From: a virus
IMG/VR virus record: IMGVR_UViG_3300022934_000004
Reading direction: 5' to 3' (one strand)
DNA length: 64,000 nt
The notes under the pieces are model-generated. The model was not told the origin of the DNA and did no database searches. It saw only the letters and a program-made list of their open reading frames with translations. Positions 54,693 through 64,000 of this stretch are shown in pieces. How positions within the stretch are numbered: the stretch's first letter is position 1; every line of letters starts with the position of its first letter. The position numbers and the translations under genes were made by a program.

Positions 54693-56711
54693 ATGACAAC
54701 CGAAAAAGATGACTTACAGGACAGAATTGCTGCTCAAGGACAAGGAAAAGTCAACTCAGATGGCCGTACATCAGACGCCTGGGGTGATGCAAGTGGTATA
54801 TATCCTCAATATGGACCAAACGAATCAGGTGTCAATCGTGCTGCACGTGGCGAAAAAATCAATAATCTGGATGTCAAAACCACTGTTCCAAACGTAGAGC
54901 ATAATATCACACAAGATGTTGCATCAATATATCCAAAGTCAGATGTCAACGAGTCAGAAACAGGACACGTCATTGAGATTAATGATACACCCGGTGGCGA
55001 AAGAATTCTCATACATCATAACACTGGTGCAGGGTTCGATATTCGTCCTGATGGTACAATCGTCATCAATTCAAAGAACAATAACGTCGAATCAACGGAC
55101 GGAAACAAGTATATGGCAATCGGCGGAGATGGTAAAATCACTGTCTTCGGTAACCTCGATCTTGATGTTCGCGGAGATATGAGTGTCAAGGTAGGTGGAA
55201 ATCTCAATTGGAGAGTCAATGGATCGATCGTTGGAAGCCTCGTTGGCTCAATGATTTCTCGCATATCGGGATCAGTTCGGAGAGTCATCACAAAAAATCT
55301 TCAAGATCAGGTTCTGGGTAATATCTTCAGCCTCGGTCTTGGTGGGCTTACAAGCTATGTCAAAGGCGATTACAAAGTCGTCAATCACGGTGCGATGTCA
55401 CTCTTCTCAAAAACAAAAACAAGAATCTCATCAGAAGAAGAACTCGACGTTGCATCAAACAATATCAATATCGGAGCAAGAGATCTCACAGCAATCGGAG
55501 ATACTGGCACAATCGGCGGACAGAACATTATTTACTATGGCTACAATGGCCATTTCCAAAAATCTCTCTATGCAGAATCGATGTCAGCAGATACCTTTCA
55601 TGGAGATCTTACAGGTACAGCAACCGGAGCAGTTCGAGCAGGAACTGCATCTTTCGGCGCTTCTCATGGCGGATCCGTTACAAATACTGCTCTTGATACA
55701 AAAGCTACTGTCCTTCCGACTGGTGCATTAATGAACGATTTCCTTGATAATTCAGAAGCAGGTATCACAAAAATTAATATCGATCCAGATGGATCTCTTG
55801 CAGAAGGTATCGATGGTACAAAACTCAATGGAGGAGTTACAGATAGAGAACTCACGACAGAAGAAACAAGAGCAAGACTACGGAATCCAAACCATCTCGC
55901 TAATACAGACTTCTATACGAGTCAAGTAGCTGCAGGTAACCTCGCACCTAATTTTGCCAACTCATCTCCTTCGTCCATAGGGAGAGTCATCGCTACTACT
56001 GATAATACCTATACAGGTGAAAACCCTATTGGCCAATTGCCAGAAGATGGATTCCGTGGTACCACATTCTCTCAGACAGAATCAGCAGGCCAAGCCCGTA
56101 ATCTTACGATACAGGTAGAAGGACGGTATAACCCTAGTCGTTGGACTTCTATTATACCGAATACACCACTATCGAATAAGCTTACTCTGGCCAACTTCCT
56201 TGGTGGATATGGAGATGTAGCGAATATAAACCATATTACAGACCTTGAAGAAAGAAGACAGATTCTTCGAAACCTCTTGCCCCATACAGGATTTGTTAAT
56301 CTATTCAACACCTTAAAGAGTATGGCAGGACACAATCTAGTAATCACAGAAGGGCTGTACCGACCTAGCGAGACTGAGACAATAGATCCAGATTCTATAT
56401 TAGATCTAAGGCAGACTGGTAGAGCGGTTGCTTATGAAGTACATAACAATACAACAGGATTACTATCACCAGAGAAATTATTTGATTTTGCTCGATTAGT
56501 CAAGAATGCAAGTCAGTTTAATGAACTCTCGCTTAGATATGATACATTCGATCCAAGTGGCAACCAACATGTTTCTCTTATAATAACGACACCTGTTATA
56601 CCAGAGGATCTCACAGCAAGATTCGAACAGAAGCTATCGACATACTATAACGAGGTACTACAGTCAGCCACATCGTTAGTCGAAATGAGACCTGCAGTAG
56701 GGGGCTTTTAA
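54693..56711 (+). CDS. gp5 C-terminal beta-helix spike with degenerate M15-like C-terminal domain
   Basis: YP...V.ES.TGH..E..DTPGGERI..H; V.G repeats. Confidence 0.75.
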   Translation: MTTEKDDLQDRIAAQGQGKVNSDGRTSDAWGDASGIYPQYGPNESGVNRAARGEKINNLDVKTTVPNVEHNITQDVASIYPKSDVNESETGHVIEINDTPGGERILIHHNTGAGFDIRPDGTIVINSKNNNVESTDGNKYMAIGGDGKITVFGNLDLDVRGDMSVKVGGNLNWRVNGSIVGSLVGSMISRISGSVRRVITKNLQDQVLGNIFSLGLGGLTSYVKGDYKVVNHGAMSLFSKTKTRISSEEELDVASNNINIGARDLTAIGDTGTIGGQNIIYYGYNGHFQKSLYAESMSADTFHGDLTGTATGAVRAGTASFGASHGGSVTNTALDTKATVLPTGALMNDFLDNSEAGITKINIDPDGSLAEGIDGTKLNGGVTDRELTTEETRARLRNPNHLANTDFYTSQVAAGNLAPNFANSSPSSIGRVIATTDNTYTGENPIGQLPEDGFRGTTFSQTESAGQARNLTIQVEGRYNPSRWTSIIPNTPLSNKLTLANFLGGYGDVANINHITDLEERRQILRNLLPHTGFVNLFNTLKSMAGHNLVITEGLYRPSETETIDPDSILDLRQTGRAVAYEVHNNTTGLLSPEKLFDFARLVKNASQFNELSLRYDTFDPSGNQHVSLIITTPVIPEDLTARFEQKLSTYYNEVLQSATSLVEMRPAVGGF

Positions 56712-56840
56712 ATGACAGGAAAAAGCCATATACCGAGCCGAAGGCCATGATAACGAGGTTGTTAATACTCAGAAAAAAGTTCAGTAGGTTCACCGAAAAT
56801 TTTTTTTCTCACGAGAAAATACTACCCCCAGGGTTTACTA

Positions 56841-56848
56841 TATAAATA
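56841..56848 (+). promoter_or_regulatory. T4-type late promoter
   Basis: TATAAATA upstream of gp25. Confidence 0.75.
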
Positions 56849-56868
56849 GACAATAAAAGGATACACCA

Positions 56869-57312
56869 ATGGCAAGAAGATCGTTCGCAGTAGAGGATGG
56901 AAGTTTAAATACTCCGGCTATTGTTACGAGTAGAGCCCGAGCTTATACGGATATCGATCTACTGTTTAAAGCCAAGGGGAACGGAGATCTATATAAGAAG
57001 AATGATGCTGCCGCAGTAAAGCAAGCAGTCAAGAATCTAATACAGACTAACTTCCATGAGAAGCCGTTTGCTCCTTACTTTGGTGCGAATCTGAGAAACA
57101 TGCTTTTTGAATTAGCAGGGAATGATGTAGATTATATTGTACAAGAAGATATAAAAGCTGCCATTGCTAATTACGAACCAAGAGCAGAAGTAGTAGGAAT
57201 AGATGTCATTGCTCGACCTGATAATAATAGTATCGGAGTAACGTTGACTTTTAGAGTAAAGAATACGGACGAGAATGTCGTTTTAGAAACATCAATATCA
57301 AGGTTAAGATAA
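56869..57312 (+). CDS. 25: Baseplate wedge gp25
   Basis: YTDIDL.F; AVKQAVKNL..T...EKPF.P.FG; YEPR. Confidence 0.92.
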   Translation: MARRSFAVEDGSLNTPAIVTSRARAYTDIDLLFKAKGNGDLYKKNDAAAVKQAVKNLIQTNFHEKPFAPYFGANLRNMLFELAGNDVDYIVQEDIKAAIANYEPRAEVVGIDVIARPDNNSIGVTLTFRVKNTDENVVLETSISRLR

Positions 57313-57313
57313 T

Positions 57314-59176
57314 ATGGCAACAACAGTTAGAAGCACAGCACTTGATTTCGATAGAATAAAGACAGCGTTAGCAAAGGATCTTGCGGCGAGTAACGAATTT
57401 CCTGACTTTGATTTCGAAGCAAGTGGTATCAGTAACATACTGGATGTCCTTGCGTATAATACTCATTTAAATGGTCTGATAGCAAACTTTGCTACGAATG
57501 AGAGTTTCATGCGCACTGCGCAACTCCGGTCTTCAATCGTATCAAGAGCAGAAGAACTTGGTTTGAATATTCGCAGTAACACAGCGTCCTCTGCAGTACT
57601 CCGTATATCAGTCAATCTATCGACTCTACCAGTTCTACCAACGACAATTAAACTACCACAATATACAGAATATACAGCAACACTTGATGGAGTTACATAT
57701 TCCTTCTATACTCTTGAGGAGTACACCGCAGAGAATAACGGACAAGGAATCTATACCTTCGAAAATGACTACGGAAATGGCGTAGGAGATGATACCGATT
57801 ATCAGATACCTGTCTATCAGGGTGATATTAAAACAAAGAATTTCTATGTAGGTACATCAGATGATTACCAAGTATATGTGATTCCTGATACTCAAATGGA
57901 TACTTCCAGTGCAAGAGTATATGTCTATGATACTCCTACCTCAAATTCTTATGAAGAATATACAAGTATTACAAAAGCGATTACAGTTAATTCGAGCTCG
58001 ACTTATTACGATCTCCGCGAGGCGCCTAACGGCGCCTATGAACTTACCTTCGGAGATGGACAGACCTACGGTAAAGCACCAAGTCCAGGATCAAAGATAG
58101 TCGTAACATATCTGAGACCAGATGGAGAAGATGCAAATGGGAGTGCAGACTTCTTTCCACAGAGTACTTTAACTTATTCAGGCGTGCAATTCGATCAGGG
58201 TGTTACAACATTCAGTAATTCAACAGGTGGAAGAAATAAACAAACGATCGAACAGATACGCCAAACAGCGCCGATCGCGTTTGCATCTCAACAAAGACTT
58301 GTAACTCCTGAAGATTATCAAGCACAGATTCTTTCAAACTTTTCTCAAGTTGATGAAGTCGCAGCGTGGGGTGGACAAGATAATATTCCTATTGACTATG
58401 GAAAGGTTTATTTAAGTCTTCAGTTTGATGATGGAACTGATGCAAATACGCAGACTCGTGTCAAAGCGAAGATTGTATCTGATCTAACAGATAAATTATC
58501 AGTAACATCAATCACACCGAAGTTTGTCGATCCAATAAATGTTTATCTTGAATGTACTGTTGATTTTAATTATGATCCAGATCTGACAGGACTCACTGCT
58601 GGTAACATGGCAACAAAGGTGACAAACATTGTTACCAATTACTTCAATACAATTGATGGATTTGAAAAAACATTCCGTCGATCAAATATGTTAACTACAA
58701 TTGATGAAGCCGAAGAAGCAATCCTTTCTTCAAAAGCGGATGTAAAAATGAGAATGAGATTTGAACCAGAGTTTGGATCTACCGCAACTTTTGCATACAC
58801 TATTAATTTTCCAGTTCCACTCGCAGAACCTGATGATGTAAATTATATCATACGGACAACAAACTTTGAGATTACAGGTGGAACAGCATATATCCGTAAT
58901 AAACTGAATAGTACTCAATTAGAACTCGTAAATGCAATAACGAATGAAGTTATTACTTCAAATGTTGGAGATTACTATGCTAAGAAAGGTGAGGTTTGGA
59001 TTTCAGAGATTACACCATTAAGTTCTTCTTCAGGTGGAACTTATATTGAAGTGAGAGCGACTCCATATAATCAATCAGTAATTAAACCTTTACGTAATTA
59101 TATTATTAAACTTGATAAATCCCGGCTTGTTACAAATGCTTTAAGAGATGATCAGAATACGAAAGTAACACTCTAA
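57314..59176 (+). CDS. 6: Baseplate wedge gp6
   Basis: LDFD.IK; DFDFE.S; LDVLAYNTH; FGDG..G; Q.RLVT..DY; WGG. Confidence 0.93.
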   Translation: MATTVRSTALDFDRIKTALAKDLAASNEFPDFDFEASGISNILDVLAYNTHLNGLIANFATNESFMRTAQLRSSIVSRAEELGLNIRSNTASSAVLRISVNLSTLPVLPTTIKLPQYTEYTATLDGVTYSFYTLEEYTAENNGQGIYTFENDYGNGVGDDTDYQIPVYQGDIKTKNFYVGTSDDYQVYVIPDTQMDTSSARVYVYDTPTSNSYEEYTSITKAITVNSSSTYYDLREAPNGAYELTFGDGQTYGKAPSPGSKIVVTYLRPDGEDANGSADFFPQSTLTYSGVQFDQGVTTFSNSTGGRNKQTIEQIRQTAPIAFASQQRLVTPEDYQAQILSNFSQVDEVAAWGGQDNIPIDYGKVYLSLQFDDGTDANTQTRVKAKIVSDLTDKLSVTSITPKFVDPINVYLECTVDFNYDPDLTGLTAGNMATKVTNIVTNYFNTIDGFEKTFRRSNMLTTIDEAEEAILSSKADVKMRMRFEPEFGSTATFAYTINFPVPLAEPDDVNYIIRTTNFEITGGTAYIRNKLNSTQLELVNAITNEVITSNVGDYYAKKGEVWISEITPLSSSSGGTYIEVRATPYNQSVIKPLRNYIIKLDKSRLVTNALRDDQNTKVTL

Positions 59177-60138
59177 TGAAAACTCTTAGTGATTTAAATC
59201 GTTTACCAATTACTATGAAACGAAGTCTGGTAGGAGATGTCTTACCAGAATATTGGTCTTCTGAATATCCTAATCTAATTTCTTTCCTTGAAGCTTATTA
59301 TGATTTCTTAGATAGTGATGAGAATTTTGGTGAACTCATTGAAGATCTTTATACAATAAGAGATATTGAAGAAGCTACTCTTGATCAAATAGATTTAATG
59401 TTTAAAGAAATTGGTATGGGTGTTGCTCATACTCAGTTTACATCACCAAGAGAAGTGATAAGAAACTTTGGTAGATTCTTTCGAGTAAAAGGTACAGAAT
59501 ACAGCGCCGAAAATTTCTTCCGTGCATTCTTTAATGAAGACGCTTGGCTAGAATATCCTAAGCATAACTTATTTACAGTTGGTCAATCTACATTAGGTAT
59601 TGATGGATTAGATGTATTACAAGATGGTAAACTAAATCAGATTTTATCTGTTCTTGTAAAATCTCCAATCTCAATTGCAACATGGGGTAATTTATATCGA
59701 AAGCATGTTCATCCAGCTGGTTTTTATCTAGGCGCTGAAGTTTTAATCACAACTTTATTTGATGTAGGAGCATCAGCTCCAATTGTTGTTTTAGATTCTG
59801 ATGGCGAGGTTATAGTTGAAGAAGTTACAACCTTCTTATCACAAGGTGCAGAACAAGATCTAACTCTACTACAAACAATGGGCGCAACCATGTATGTATT
59901 AGATTCAATACAAAATAGATTAATATGGACAAACATGGATGGGCTGTACGAATATGATTCGAGTTATACAGATAGAAATGCAGATTCTACACAAGAAGTC
60001 TTTAATGTTAGACTTGATCCAAGTATTCAGATTAGAGGATATAAAGATATTGTAATATCTGATTTTGATAGTGATTATACATCTATTTATGATTTAATGG
60101 AAGCATCTTATGACTTTGAACCATCGGTTCGGGTATAA
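59176..60138 (+). CDS. Baseplate wedge gp7-like (short)
   Basis: LPE....EYP...FLEAYY; KGT; VHPAGF. Confidence 0.7.
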   Translation: MKTLSDLNRLPITMKRSLVGDVLPEYWSSEYPNLISFLEAYYDFLDSDENFGELIEDLYTIRDIEEATLDQIDLMFKEIGMGVAHTQFTSPREVIRNFGRFFRVKGTEYSAENFFRAFFNEDAWLEYPKHNLFTVGQSTLGIDGLDVLQDGKLNQILSVLVKSPISIATWGNLYRKHVHPAGFYLGAEVLITTLFDVGASAPIVVLDSDGEVIVEEVTTFLSQGAEQDLTLLQTMGATMYVLDSIQNRLIWTNMDGLYEYDSSYTDRNADSTQEVFNVRLDPSIQIRGYKDIVISDFDSDYTSIYDLMEASYDFEPSVRV

Positions 60139-60141
60139 ATA
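60134..60141 (+). promoter_or_regulatory. T4-type late promoter
   Basis: TATAAATA upstream of gp8. Confidence 0.7.
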
Positions 60142-60167
60142 ATAGAAAATAATTTAGGGCATAGAAA

Positions 60168-61526
60168 ATGGTAGCAGTAATAACAGATTATTTTAGAAGT
60201 AATATCGTCAGATATATTACTGATGGTATTAACGACTCCAGTGAGCATATGTACATTGGCCTAGGTAGATCTGAGTATTGGGATAGTACTGATACACCTC
60301 CTCCGCCAGTGAACACAGCAGAAGAAATTAAAAACTTTAGAGAAAGTTTACAAGCTGTAAAGAAAATCACTGACACATCTTATGTTGTTCCAAGAGTTAA
60401 TTGGACGACTGGCACAACTTATTCACAATGGGATGATACTCAAGCAGGTTATCCAACACCCAATTATTATGTGATGACTCAAAACTACGGAGTCTATATG
60501 TGTTTAAGAACTGGAAGAAATGATACAGGAGCAACTGTTCCTTCTATAGTAGAACCTTCCGGCTCAAATAACGATCCATTTGAAACTGCTGATGGATATG
60601 TTTGGAAATTCCTATTTACTATTTCTGCAATTGAAGCTAACTATTTCCTTTCTGCTAATTATATGCCCGTAAGCAGAATTGTCGGTGAGTTAGATTCAGA
60701 TGCGACTGGTATTCAATTAAAGCATAAAGAAATTCAAGATCAAGCTGTGCCCGGCATGATTTCTTCCATTGTTGTAACTGATGGTGGATCTGGATACTCT
60801 TCACCTCCTACTGTTACTATTACTGGTAACGGAACTACAGCAGCAGCAATTGCTACAATTGATTCTGCAACAGATTCTGGTAGAGTTGCTAAGATTGAAT
60901 TCCTAAACGATTCTTCTACTTTATTATATCCTTATGGGTATGATTATGGTCAAGTCACATTATCAGGTGGAGGCGGATCAGGTGCTGAAGCTAGATTAGT
61001 TATTTCACCTCCTCAAGGATTTGGAGCAGATGCGCCAAATGATTTAAGATCTTCTGGAATTATGATTCATACTAAAGTTTCTGGATCAGAAGAAGATTTT
61101 ATTGTTGTCCAAGATTTCCGTCAAGTTGGTCTAATAAGAAATCCTGTAAAAGGAGATGGAAGTGATTCAGACTTTACTGCAGACACAGGTAATGCATTAC
61201 AAGCTTTAAACTTATCATCTACAACAGTAGCCTTTAGTGTTGATAAAACAATTGTAGGTGGAACTTCAGGCACAAAGGCTTATATTGATGAAGTAGATTC
61301 AAATTTATTATATTATCATCAAAACTCTACAACTGGATATGGCACCTTTACATTAGGTGAAACAATAACAGAATCTGATGGTTCTGGTGAAGGAGTACTA
61401 GGATCTATCATAGATAGTTCAGAAGTCGATCCATTCTCTGGAGAAGTCCTATACATTGATAATAGAACAGCAGTTGAGAGAATGTCTAATCAAACAGAAG
61501 ATGTTAAAATCATTCTACAATTATAA
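60168..61526 (+). CDS. 8: Baseplate wedge gp8
   Basis: PR.NW..G..Y; VY.CL; TADGYVWKF; YMPV; SGEVLYIDNR; QTEDVKI. Confidence 0.9.
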   Translation: MVAVITDYFRSNIVRYITDGINDSSEHMYIGLGRSEYWDSTDTPPPPVNTAEEIKNFRESLQAVKKITDTSYVVPRVNWTTGTTYSQWDDTQAGYPTPNYYVMTQNYGVYMCLRTGRNDTGATVPSIVEPSGSNNDPFETADGYVWKFLFTISAIEANYFLSANYMPVSRIVGELDSDATGIQLKHKEIQDQAVPGMISSIVVTDGGSGYSSPPTVTITGNGTTAAAIATIDSATDSGRVAKIEFLNDSSTLLYPYGYDYGQVTLSGGGGSGAEARLVISPPQGFGADAPNDLRSSGIMIHTKVSGSEEDFIVVQDFRQVGLIRNPVKGDGSDSDFTADTGNALQALNLSSTTVAFSVDKTIVGGTSGTKAYIDEVDSNLLYYHQNSTTGYGTFTLGETITESDGSGEGVLGSIIDSSEVDPFSGEVLYIDNRTAVERMSNQTEDVKIILQL

Positions 61527-61537
61527 AGAGCTAGCAC

Positions 61538-64000
61538 ATGACGATAAATTACACTGAAAAATTATTTGAAACTAGATACCGAGATGACTACGCGGATAGT
61601 AACGGGTTTGTTCGTATCTTATTCAACAATGGACGTCACTTACAAGCTAGAGAGTTAACACAATCTCAAACGATTATTCAAAAGCAATTGGAAAGATTCG
61701 GCCGCAATATTTTTAAAGAGGGCGCTGATGTTCTTCCTGGAGCAGTTGCTTTAAATAATAAGTATGAATTTGTAAAATTAGATGCTGGAGTTTACTCTGT
61801 TCCAGTTGATGGAAGCATTCTTGATGAAACATTTGTTGGTCAAAATTCAAATGTAAGAGTAAAAGTTTTAGAGCAAGTTGGGATTGAAGGATCTGATCCT
61901 CATACACTTTATGTAGAATATACCAATACGATAGGTGGAACAGTTAGTGATACTCCAATTAGATTAACACCTGGTGAAGATATTGTAGGTGTTTCTACTG
62001 GTACTATTTTAAGAGTACAAACAACAAACACAATTTCAAATCCAGCGGTTGGACAAGGCGTCAAGTTCTCCGTAGATGAGGGTTCCTTTTTCGTCAATGG
62101 TTTCTTTGTATTTGCGCCCAAACAAGAAATAATTATTCAAAAGTATAGCCCCATTTATACTGGTACTGTTGGATTTAAAGTTGTTCAAGACATTGTTACA
62201 GAAGATGATGATGAATCTCTTTATGATAACTCACAAAAACTTCCTAATACTACAGCACCTGGTGCAGATAGATTTAGAATTACATTAACTTTAATTGATG
62301 AAGCAAATACAAGTGCAACTGATACATTTGTTTATTTAGCTAAAGTAATAAATTCAAATGTTGTAGATGCTGTAACCGGATTTAATCAATATAATAAAAT
62401 AAATGACTTAATTGCTTTAAGAACAAAGGAAGAATCTGGAAACTATTTAGTGCGTCCATTTAAAATTTTGTATGATTCAGCAGATGCAACAAATCTAAAT
62501 TTAAATATTTCTGATGGCACAGCTTATGTTAATGGATATAGAGTTAATAAAGATTATCCTACAGAATTAGAAGTGCCTAGAGCTCAAGATACCGAGCAAT
62601 TAGAAAATGAAGTAGTTGCAAGTAACTTTGGAAACTATGTTATTGCAAGTACTTTAATAGGTTTACCTGATATATCCACATTTTCTGAAGTTAATTTAAG
62701 AGATAATGCTACTTATGGATCTGGATCTAATATAGGTACCGCTAGAATTAGATCTATTGACCGTGTTGGTGATGGTACTTATAGAATTTATCTATTTAAT
62801 ATTGCAATGTCTGGTGGTAATAATTTTAGAAACGTTAAATCTCTTGGAACTTCTTCAATTAATAATGCCACTTTATTATTAGAAAATAATTTAGCGGTAT
62901 TAAAAGAAGCAAATAATATAGATTTATTATTTCCTCTTCCACAAATTAGACCTTCTACAATTAATGACATATCATTAACAGTACAGAGAAAAATCAATGC
63001 TGTAACGGATGGTGCTGGAGCAGTTGATTTAACTTTATCAGCAGCAGGTGAAACCTGGGCAAGTACTTCTGATTGGATTACAGCAGTAGATTCTGATGGA
63101 GCTTTAGTCACTCCATCGATTTCAGGATCTGGTACTACGACAGCTTCTATTTCAGGCGCGCCATTTAATTCTAATTTAACACTTTTTGCTTATGTTAATA
63201 AAAGTGTTGGAACAGTTAAACAAAAGTTAATACAAGAAACTACTGGAAATCAAGGAAGCTTAAACACTGGTGGTAATGGAGAGCGTTACGTAGACCTTGC
63301 TGTTCCTGATGCTTTTCAAGTGAATTATATTAGACAAGATAGTGAAAACGGCGCAGACATTTCTGACCAATTTAACTTAGATACTGGCCAAAGAGATGCA
63401 TATTATGATATTTCTAGATTAGTGCTTAAAGGCGGTATTGCAGTACCAACAAATGTTTTCTGGTCAATTAAACATTTTCAGCACGCCACTTCAGGTGATT
63501 TCTTTGGAATTAATTCATACTCTTCATTAAGCTACACTGATATTCCATCATATACTAAACAAGATGGAACCGTAGTTGATTTAAGAAATGTTATGGATTT
63601 TCGTTCAGTTAAAAACGTTGGTGATACTTTTGTTGGCGGAACTGGACGAATTCATGAACTTCCAAAAAATACTGACGTTATTAATTCCGACATTACTTAT
63701 TATCTACCAAGATATGATAAAGTTATAGTTGATGAACAAGGAGAGTTATCTGTATTACAAGGTATTTCTTCTTTAACACCAAAGTTTAAAGAAGTTTCGC
63801 CAAATGCTTTAGAATTATATAGAGTTAAAATGAATCCATTTACTCTACATGATAGTGATATGGTAACTCAATTCATAGAAGCCAAAGGCTATACTATGAA
63901 AGACATTGGTTTAATAGAAAAAAGAGTAAACACTTTAGAAAAAGCTGTTAGTCTTTCATTACTTGAATTAGATACTAATGCATTAGAATTAATTGATTCA
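61538..64000 (+). CDS. Large structural protein (DUF4815/VrlC-like), 3'-truncated
   Basis: RILF..GR.LQARELTQ.Q; IFKEG; APGADR; RTKEESGNY; YYLPRYD; YTMKDIG.IEKR. Confidence 0.85.
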   Translation, partial: MTINYTEKLFETRYRDDYADSNGFVRILFNNGRHLQARELTQSQTIIQKQLERFGRNIFKEGADVLPGAVALNNKYEFVKLDAGVYSVPVDGSILDETFVGQNSNVRVKVLEQVGIEGSDPHTLYVEYTNTIGGTVSDTPIRLTPGEDIVGVSTGTILRVQTTNTISNPAVGQGVKFSVDEGSFFVNGFFVFAPKQEIIIQKYSPIYTGTVGFKVVQDIVTEDDDESLYDNSQKLPNTTAPGADRFRITLTLIDEANTSATDTFVYLAKVINSNVVDAVTGFNQYNKINDLIALRTKEESGNYLVRPFKILYDSADATNLNLNISDGTAYVNGYRVNKDYPTELEVPRAQDTEQLENEVVASNFGNYVIASTLIGLPDISTFSEVNLRDNATYGSGSNIGTARIRSIDRVGDGTYRIYLFNIAMSGGNNFRNVKSLGTSSINNATLLLENNLAVLKEANNIDLLFPLPQIRPSTINDISLTVQRKINAVTDGAGAVDLTLSAAGETWASTSDWITAVDSDGALVTPSISGSGTTTASISGAPFNSNLTLFAYVNKSVGTVKQKLIQETTGNQGSLNTGGNGERYVDLAVPDAFQVNYIRQDSENGADISDQFNLDTGQRDAYYDISRLVLKGGIAVPTNVFWSIKHFQHATSGDFFGINSYSSLSYTDIPSYTKQDGTVVDLRNVMDFRSVKNVGDTFVGGTGRIHELPKNTDVINSDITYYLPRYDKVIVDEQGELSVLQGISSLTPKFKEVSPNALELYRVKMNPFTLHDSDMVTQFIEAKGYTMKDIGLIEKRVNTLEKAVSLSLLELDTNALELIDS

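Noticed and set aside
56712-56786. PAAR (gp5.4) gene
   Set aside because: Only 24 codons with no PAAR motif; at most a remnant
668-63111. Numerous short antisense or out-of-frame ORFs in the supplied track
   Set aside because: They lie inside well-supported genes, lack RBS and motifs, and look like shadow ORFs
1-64000. CRISPR array, integrase, IS element or reverse transcriptase
   Set aside because: No regularly spaced repeat-spacer structure and no such enzyme motifs were seen; the repeats found are dispersed promoters
1-64000. Stop-codon reassignment
   Set aside because: Core genes translate full length in the standard code, TAA, TAG and TGA are all used as stops, and no suppressor tRNA was seen

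Overview
A 64-kb segment of an AT-rich T4-like (myovirus) phage genome with a gene content typical of marine phages. The host is a Gram-negative bacterium (spanins are present), possibly an alphaproteobacterium (inference). From left to right it holds: (1) the end of a UDP-glucose dehydrogenase/methyltransferase unit; (2) a late-promoter cluster (2.0-10.5 kb) of proteins with T4-type capsid-targeting N-termini, including a PD-(D/E)XK nuclease, a KxDG ligase-like protein, an HxGH nucleotidyltransferase and basic modular polyproteins; (3) a spanin pair and a class II (B12) ribonucleotide reductase; (4) RNase H, nucleases, PhoH and glutaredoxin; (5) a glycosyl/methyl/sulfotransferase island; (6) three tRNAs; (7) a radical SAM/carbamoyltransferase island; (8) small early genes, then gp33 and gp32; and (9) the T4-like tail/baseplate block (tape measure, 51, 26, 54-like, 2, 4, 48, 53, hub, split gene 5, 25, 6, 7, 8, VrlC-like). 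The most notable observations are: a probable virion-packaged enzyme and peptide cargo cluster processed by the prohead protease; IHF-consensus boxes phased in exact 10-bp steps (31/31/41/51 bp) upstream of four early promoters; a U UUU UUG -1 slippery site that would fuse gp26 to gp51 just upstream of the tape measure gene (lambda G/GT-like); and a possible virion glycan-decoration system paired with Asp-Ser-rich baseplate proteins. All calls come from motif recognition by eye; no database searches were run.
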